From: an uncultured bacterium | GTDB taxonomy: Bacteria; Lernaellota; Lernaellaia; Lernaellales; Lernaellaceae | NCBI GenBank assembly: GCA_964534375.1 | Contig: CAZHPN010000146.1 | Location: forward strand, 1 to 15,875 | Direction: 5' to 3' | Length of the DNA: 15,875 bases | Shown here: positions 11,148-15,875 of the stretch, piece by piece | Layout of the letters: the number at the start of each line of letters is the position of its first letter | How positions within the stretch are numbered: position 1 is the stretch's first letter | Position numbers and translations under genes: made by a program | The notes under the pieces: generated by a model | What the model was told of the DNA's origin: nothing | Databases searched by the model: none | Seen by the model: the letters and a program-made list of their open reading frames with translations, nothing else

Positions 11148-11996
11148 ATGTTTGCCGGAAAAATCACGCGGTCCGTTTGCCGATGGCTGCTCGCCGCGTT
11201 GGCGTGCGGGCTGGCCGCCTGCGCCGGGCGCGCGGCGGTCGCCCCGAGCCCCGAGGCCGCCCCGTCGCCCGCGCCGGCATTCGAAAAGCCGCCGGCCACC
11301 CCCGCGGACCGCACGGAGCCGACGTTCTGGCTGAACCAGGGCGCGCAAACCGCCGCGACCGAGGACATGCGGCGCCTGGCCGGCGAGCTGGTGCCGCCGG
11401 GCCCGCGCGACGTGAACGGCCTCAAGTCAATCTACACCTGGATGAAGACGCATCTGCACGCGACGGCCGCCGGCGGCGCGAACATCGGGGCCGTCACCGC
11501 CGCCGACATCTACCATTCCCGCCAGGCGACCGGCTGCCATGATTGGGGCCTGCTGTTCGCCTCGTTGGCGCGCGAGGCCGGCTACCCGGTCCGGATGCTC
11601 GACACGTTTTCGGTGGACTGGCTGCGGCGCGGCGGCACGTCGCGCGTCGGGCACGTGTTCTTGGAAATCTACCTCGATCCCGTTGGCTGGAAGCTTATCG
11701 ATTCGACGCACGGTCTGTTCTTCCCCGCCTACCCCGGCGAGGCCGAATTCGTCACCGACGGCAAGATCGTATATTACGTGTGGCGCCGCGGCCTCGATTC
11801 GTGGGACATGGGGATCACCTCCAAGACGGCGTTAGACGCGCGCATGGATCACATGGCCAGGATGAATTCCTTCCCGCCGCCCGCCGAATTGGACCAGCGG
11901 TGGTTTCACGCCCGCGAACCGCTGGCCCCCGGCTTACGCCGGCGCGTCCCGGCCGCCGCGGCCGCCGCCGCGCCGTCCCCGGCCGCGAGGCCCTGA
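11148..11996 (+). CDS. transglutaminase-like (Cys-His-Asp) domain lipoprotein
   Basis: Lipobox LAAC; GCHDWGLLFASLAREAGYPVR (catalytic Cys), GHVFLEIYL (His), GWKLIDST (Asp); starts 9 bp after the barrel stop. Confidence 0.85.
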   Translation: MFAGKITRSVCRWLLAALACGLAACAGRAAVAPSPEAAPSPAPAFEKPPATPADRTEPTFWLNQGAQTAATEDMRRLAGELVPPGPRDVNGLKSIYTWMKTHLHATAAGGANIGAVTAADIYHSRQATGCHDWGLLFASLAREAGYPVRMLDTFSVDWLRRGGTSRVGHVFLEIYLDPVGWKLIDSTHGLFFPAYPGEAEFVTDGKIVYYVWRRGLDSWDMGITSKTALDARMDHMARMNSFPPPAELDQRWFHAREPLAPGLRRRVPAAAAAAAPSPAARP

Positions 11997-13091
11997 CCCG
12001 CAGGGGCCGCGCGCGCCAGACTGCGGCGGATCGAGGCACGTCTCAAAAAACAGGCGCAGTCCGTCGCACCAGTGCGTCTTGGCGAAAACGTCGCCGGATG
12101 AAAGATAGGCGTCGTTCGGACAGCCGCCGTGGCAGTAATCCCACCAGCGGCATTCGGCGCAATCGTGGCGCCGCAGGTAGTCCCCGCGCTGCCGCAGGCG
12201 CTGCTTGCCGGCCGACGCGAGCACGTGCGCGCTGTCGTCGCTGAACAAGTTGCCGCAGCGGAAGGCGTTCGAGTCGGTGAACCGGCCGCAGTTGTAAATC
12301 TCGCCGCTCGGCGCGACACCCACGTGCGTGTCCGCGCACCGCCCAGCGACGTCGCAGCACAAACTTTTGGGCGGGCCGCCGCCGCCCACGTACTGCCGCA
12401 ACGGCTCGAATTGCCCGCGCCCGCCGTCCGCCGCCGTCAGACCGTGAAGCTCCACCAGGAACCGGCCGTATTCCTCGGGCGTGATGTGCAGCGGCCCCGG
12501 CTCCTTGGCGCGCCCTTCCGAATAGAGCGGATTGATCCGAATCGACGGCCGGTCGGGCAAGTTGCGATAAAAATAATAGATCTTTTCCGCCTGAGCCAAA
12601 TGGCCGCGATGCAGCACGAGAATGACGCCGTAGCGAATCTTCCGCCGCTGCACAAAACGCAGGCCGTCCAACCAGCGGTCGTCATAGGACTCGCCGTTTC
12701 GCAGCAGCCGCACGCCGGGCGTCAGATCGTGCGAAGTGCCGATCGGCCGCCCGTGCAGCAGCTTCTCCAGCGCCGCCGCGAGCCGGTCGTCGAGCAGCGT
12801 CAGGTTGCTCTGGATCAGGTGCCCCACGCGCGAGCGGAGCGGGCCGAAAACCCGCGCCTCGAGGTCCGGCAGCATTTCGTAAAATTCGGGCCCCAACAGC
12901 AGCGGCTCGCCGCCGTGCCACGTGAAATCGACCGTGTCCTGCGGCGTCTCTTCCAGATAGCGCCGGAAAAACCGGAACAGCGCTTCGATGGTTTCCGGCG
13001 ACATGCGGCATGTTTGCTTGCCGGCGGTGAACGCCGAACAATAGCGGCAAGCGCCGTTGCACTCGTCAGTCGGCTTGACGATGACCTGCAT
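11934..13091 (-). CDS. radical SAM/SPASM domain protein (anSME-like peptide maturase family)
   Basis: True start MQVIVKPT (ATG at 13091). CNGACRYC (CxxxCxxC), FTWHGGEPLL, QSNLTLL; SPASM: CC-x5-C...GEIYNC...CAECRWWDYCHGGC-x17-C. Confidence 0.92.
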   Translation of the reverse strand: MQVIVKPTDECNGACRYCSAFTAGKQTCRMSPETIEALFRFFRRYLEETPQDTVDFTWHGGEPLLLGPEFYEMLPDLEARVFGPLRSRVGHLIQSNLTLLDDRLAAALEKLLHGRPIGTSHDLTPGVRLLRNGESYDDRWLDGLRFVQRRKIRYGVILVLHRGHLAQAEKIYYFYRNLPDRPSIRINPLYSEGRAKEPGPLHITPEEYGRFLVELHGLTAADGGRGQFEPLRQYVGGGGPPKSLCCDVAGRCADTHVGVAPSGEIYNCGRFTDSNAFRCGNLFSDDSAHVLASAGKQRLRQRGDYLRRHDCAECRWWDYCHGGCPNDAYLSSGDVFAKTHWCDGLRLFFETCLDPPQSGARGPCGSGPRGRGRRGGGRGGRDAPA

Positions 13092-13878
13092 CTTTGGCTC
13101 CGGCCTGCGCGCCGGTCCGGCGGCAGACCTCCGCGTCGAATTCGCGCATCTCCTCGCAAAACGGCGCGCCGCTCGCGCCGCCGAATTGGAAATACCCCTC
13201 GCAACAAAGAAACGCCGCGCAGACCGTGCACGGATGCCGCGCGCGAAACAAGCCGTTGACGAAGTCGCGCGGCTCGCGGTCCGGCCCGGCCGGCGCCGCA
13301 ACGCAGCGCCGCCCGTGCGTCAACTGCCCGCCGTCGTTCACGTAGCACGCCGCGTCGGGGCTCTCGTGATAGATCGTCCACAGCGTCGCGCGCCGCCGCA
13401 CGCCGTCCTGCTCCTTGATCGTCGCAAACGGCTCGATCCGCCCCGCGAGTTCGTCGTTGTACAGCTCGTAGAAATACGCCTCGCGAAAACCCTCCGCGTC
13501 GAAAGCCGCCGGATCCAGGCAATAGACGACCGCCCGCACGCCGAGCGACGCCAGCAACTTCAGGTGCGTCGCGTCCGCCCGAGTCGGGTCGACGAACAAA
13601 AGCTGCAGGCCCGTGTCTTTAATCAGGCGCAGCTGGTCCAGATAAGAATCGATCATCCCCGCGGCGTACCGAGCCGTCAGCCGGCGAAACCGCGGCGCCG
13701 TCCGCAACGCTTCCAGCGGCCCCGCCGCCGTCTCGAATTCCAGCCCGCAAACCGCCCGCGGAAACTCGACCGGCGCCTGCGCGAATTGCTTGAGGCTCGG
13801 GAACCGCACGTTCAATTCCAGCCCGGGTTCCTGCGCGAACCGGGCTAGGCCGGCAGCGGGGATGGACAGCGTTTTCAT
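13066..13878 (-). CDS. hypothetical protein with C-terminal SPASM-like Cys cluster and no radical SAM motif
   Basis: ATG at 13878 overlaps the upstream TGA (ATGA coupling); C-terminal HPCTVCAAFLCCEGYF...PFC; 3' end overlaps the next gene's start by 26 nt. Confidence 0.75.
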   Translation of the reverse strand: MKTLSIPAAGLARFAQEPGLELNVRFPSLKQFAQAPVEFPRAVCGLEFETAAGPLEALRTAPRFRRLTARYAAGMIDSYLDQLRLIKDTGLQLLFVDPTRADATHLKLLASLGVRAVVYCLDPAAFDAEGFREAYFYELYNDELAGRIEPFATIKEQDGVRRRATLWTIYHESPDAACYVNDGGQLTHGRRCVAAPAGPDREPRDFVNGLFRARHPCTVCAAFLCCEGYFQFGGASGAPFCEEMREFDAEVCRRTGAQAGAKDAGHRQAD

Positions 13879-14855
13879 GCGCGGCGCCTCGCGCGGGCGA
13901 TCGCGAAGGCCGTGCAGCCGCCGTGGCACTGGCCGCGCTTGTACTGGCGGCAACGGCCGCATTTTTCGTAGATTACCGCGGGTTCGCCGGCGAGTTCGTC
14001 GGCAATGCGCTTCTGAAAATGAGCGGTGATTTCGGGCAGCGAGCGGAATTGAAAAATGTCCGGCGCGGTGAACGCGGACAGCGGAAAACAGGGCCAGAGG
14101 TCCATGTTCGGGCCGATATCAATGATGACGTTGCAGACGAATTTCAATTGCGCGCGGCGGCGGTGCAGCGCGCCGAGCTGCTCGTCGGAAAACGCGCACA
14201 GCGGAAAACCGCAATCGAGGTCGATCCGCACGTCCTGCTCGTCGGCGGCGCGGGCGAACTCCGTCAGCCGGCGGCCGATTTCCTCATAGTCGCGCGGGTC
14301 GAGGTGCGCGTTGCGCCGGCCGACGATCGGCTGCGCGAGGCCGACGCGGATTGACTTCGCCAGGCGCCGCCGCTCGATCACGTCGAGCAGGAACGTCATC
14401 GAGAAATCGCGGCGGTAGATGTTGAAGCCGGGCATGCAAAATTCGCCGTAGGCCGCGAGAAAATCGTCGAGGCGCACCGCCTCCGCCGCGTCCCCGACCG
14501 ACGGCTCGTTGATATTGACGACGAACAGGAAGTTCTTGACGGCGCCGCGGTTGGCCGCGCGGAACAGCTCCGTCAGGTTCGCGCACTTGTCCGGCGCCAT
14601 GCTGCCGTTGGTGAACGCCCGCACCTGAAAACGCCGCAACAGCAGGTATTTGACAATCAGCGGAAAATCCGGGTGCAGCGTCGGTTCGCCGCCGAGCAGG
14701 GAAAACCGCTTGTGGCGCGACCGCGCGAAGAAGTCCGCCAGGTAGATGATGTTGTCCAGGCTCATGAAATGCTCGGCGCCGTCCGTCAGTTTCTCGCGGG
14801 CGAAGCAATACGGACAGGCGCGCGTGCATTTGTCGGTGAGCAGAACGTTGGGCAT
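13875..14855 (-). CDS. radical SAM protein with C-terminal auxiliary Cys (SPASM/twitch-like) motifs
   Basis: CTRACPYC, LLGGEPTLHP, FTNG; LDCGFPLC, CNVIIDIGPNMDLWPCFPL, CGRCRQYKRGQCHGGC; AGGA RBS. Confidence 0.92.
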   Translation of the reverse strand: MPNVLLTDKCTRACPYCFAREKLTDGAEHFMSLDNIIYLADFFARSRHKRFSLLGGEPTLHPDFPLIVKYLLLRRFQVRAFTNGSMAPDKCANLTELFRAANRGAVKNFLFVVNINEPSVGDAAEAVRLDDFLAAYGEFCMPGFNIYRRDFSMTFLLDVIERRRLAKSIRVGLAQPIVGRRNAHLDPRDYEEIGRRLTEFARAADEQDVRIDLDCGFPLCAFSDEQLGALHRRRAQLKFVCNVIIDIGPNMDLWPCFPLSAFTAPDIFQFRSLPEITAHFQKRIADELAGEPAVIYEKCGRCRQYKRGQCHGGCTAFAIARARRRA

Positions 14856-14932
14856 CGTGTTCCTGCGGTCGGGAGCTGCGCGAAATGAACCCGGCCCGAA
14901 CGTGGTCGAAAGTTCCGGATCGACGATTGTTA

Positions 14933-14967
14933 ATTTTATCTCTACGTCGCCGGTTCTTTCTTGTCAA
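14933..14967 (-). promoter_or_regulatory. putative promoter of the radical SAM operon
   Basis: Minus strand TTGACA (14967-14962); TAGAGA at 17-bp spacing and TAAAAT (14938-14933) further on; AT-rich patch. Confidence 0.35.
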
Positions 14968-15308
14968 GCGAAAACTCGCGGCGGAGTTTCGCCCGAAGCG
15001 TTCGGCGGCCGTCCCGCCCCATGATCTTCCGCCACAGGAAGGCGCTAAGAACCGCCCCATTACGCGAATGACCGCGAATCACTGGGGAGAAACGGCAAAC
15101 AACCGCAAATCGCCGCGGGCGCGATTTTTTCGCGTGCATTCGCCGCTTGCCCGACGAAGCCATGCGAAGTCGGGTGCATTCGCGTGAATTAGCGGCTCAT
15201 ATTGGCGTTATCAGAGGCCGGCGAAGCGCCGCCGGCGTCTCGCCGGCCCCGGCCGTGCCGGCCATTGCCTGGCATTATCATTGCGGCAGCCCCACGCGCC
15301 TGCCCTCG

Positions 15309-15388
15309 GCCCGGGGTCAAAAACCCCGGGCTAAGAGCATGCTGTCCCATGGGGACGCAGTGAAAACACCCCGGGTTTCACCCCGGGG
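15309..15388. repeat. REP-like palindrome cluster
   Basis: GCCCGGGGT-caaaa-ACCCCGGGC (15309-15331), GTCCC-atg-GGGAC (15344-15356), CCCCGGG-tttcac-CCCGGGG (15369-15388). Confidence 0.6.
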
Positions 15389-15444
15389 CGCGAAAACATG
15401 GGGTGTCGATTGCGCTCCACGACGACAAGGCGCCGCCTCTTTAA

Positions 15445-15875
15445 CCCGAAGTTCCCCGTCGATTTCGCGCTAGAGATTTCATAAAGAACTGTAGGAACGA
15501 GGAGTTGTCACCGTTCGTGCGGCGGCAAATGTAGCCAGAATAATATGGGACTAGCGCTTGACATGAAATTGAATATATTGAAGTTAGCGGTTATGAAAAC
15601 AAAAATCACGGCGTGTCATGTAGCCAGAGTGTCCCGCCGCCAGAACGGCAAGCTCTACACCTCGGTGTTGCTTCGACGCACCTATCGCGAGGGCGGCAAA
15701 GTCAAGCACCAAACCCTGGGCTCGCTCACCGGCCTGCCCGAGACGGCGATCGAAGCCTTGCGCCGGTCGCTCAATGGCGAGGAGCTGATCCCGGCGGATG
15801 AGGCCTTCGGCATTGAGCGTTCGACGCCGCACGGCCACGTGCGGGCGGTGCTGGGCACGATCAAACGCCTGGGGC
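15445..15875 (+). mobile_element. IS1634-family insertion sequence, left part (runs off the window)
   Basis: Transposase ORF from 15593; shift to AT-rich sequence; candidate left end CCCGAAGTTCC at 15445, uncertain because the right end is not visible. Confidence 0.7.
15593..15875 (+). CDS. IS1634-family transposase, N-terminal 94 aa (partial)
   Basis: Manual translation: MKTKITACHVARVSRRQNGKLYTSVLLRRTYREGGKVKHQTLGSLTGLPETAIEALRRSLNGEELIPADEAFGIERSTPHGHVRAVLGTIKRLG. LLRRTYREGGKVKH and PHGHVxAV are typical of IS1634 N-termini; absent from the ORF track because it has no stop in the window. Confidence 0.85.
   Translation, partial: MKTKITACHVARVSRRQNGKLYTSVLLRRTYREGGKVKHQTLGSLTGLPETAIEALRRSLNGEELIPADEAFGIERSTPHGHVRAVLGTIKRLG

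Noticed and set aside
11934..13091. Calling this rSAM/SPASM an anaerobic sulfatase maturase
   Set aside because: No formylglycine-type sulfatase ((C/S)xPxR motif) in the window; the nearby ASST is His-dependent and needs no maturase; the anSME-like fold is shared by many peptide maturases
14885..15473. Short ORFs in the rSAM-IS intergenic region, and similarly 6302-6920 and 2315-2509
   Set aside because: No recognisable motifs or convincing RBS; they overlap promoter-like or repeat sequence

Overview
GC-rich bacterial window. The poly-Asp-linker and Cys-rich lipoproteins resemble those of Myxococcota/deltaproteobacteria (inference only). It opens with the conserved ffh-rpsP-khpA-rimM cluster (200-3028), which is not followed by the usual trmD-rplS. 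Three acidic-linker lipoproteins follow: a ~1004-aa protein made almost entirely of 18 ten-Cys repeats, a DUF1566(Lcl) + arylsulfotransferase fusion, and a small two-domain Cys-rich protein. The most interesting part is a convergent ~4.9-kb cassette (9934-14855). Its + strand encodes a 149-aa Tat-signal/lipobox protein with 17 Tyr-x-(Asp/Asn) triplets, a small outer-membrane beta-barrel, and a transglutaminase-like lipoprotein. Its - strand carries a coupled operon of two radical SAM enzymes with SPASM-type Cys motifs flanking a protein that keeps only a C-terminal Cys cluster. This looks like an unusual RiPP-type system, possibly making multiple cyclophane crosslinks on a Tat-exported, lipid-anchored substrate. 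The window ends with a REP-like palindrome cluster and the 5' part of an IS1634-family transposase that is missing from the ORF track.
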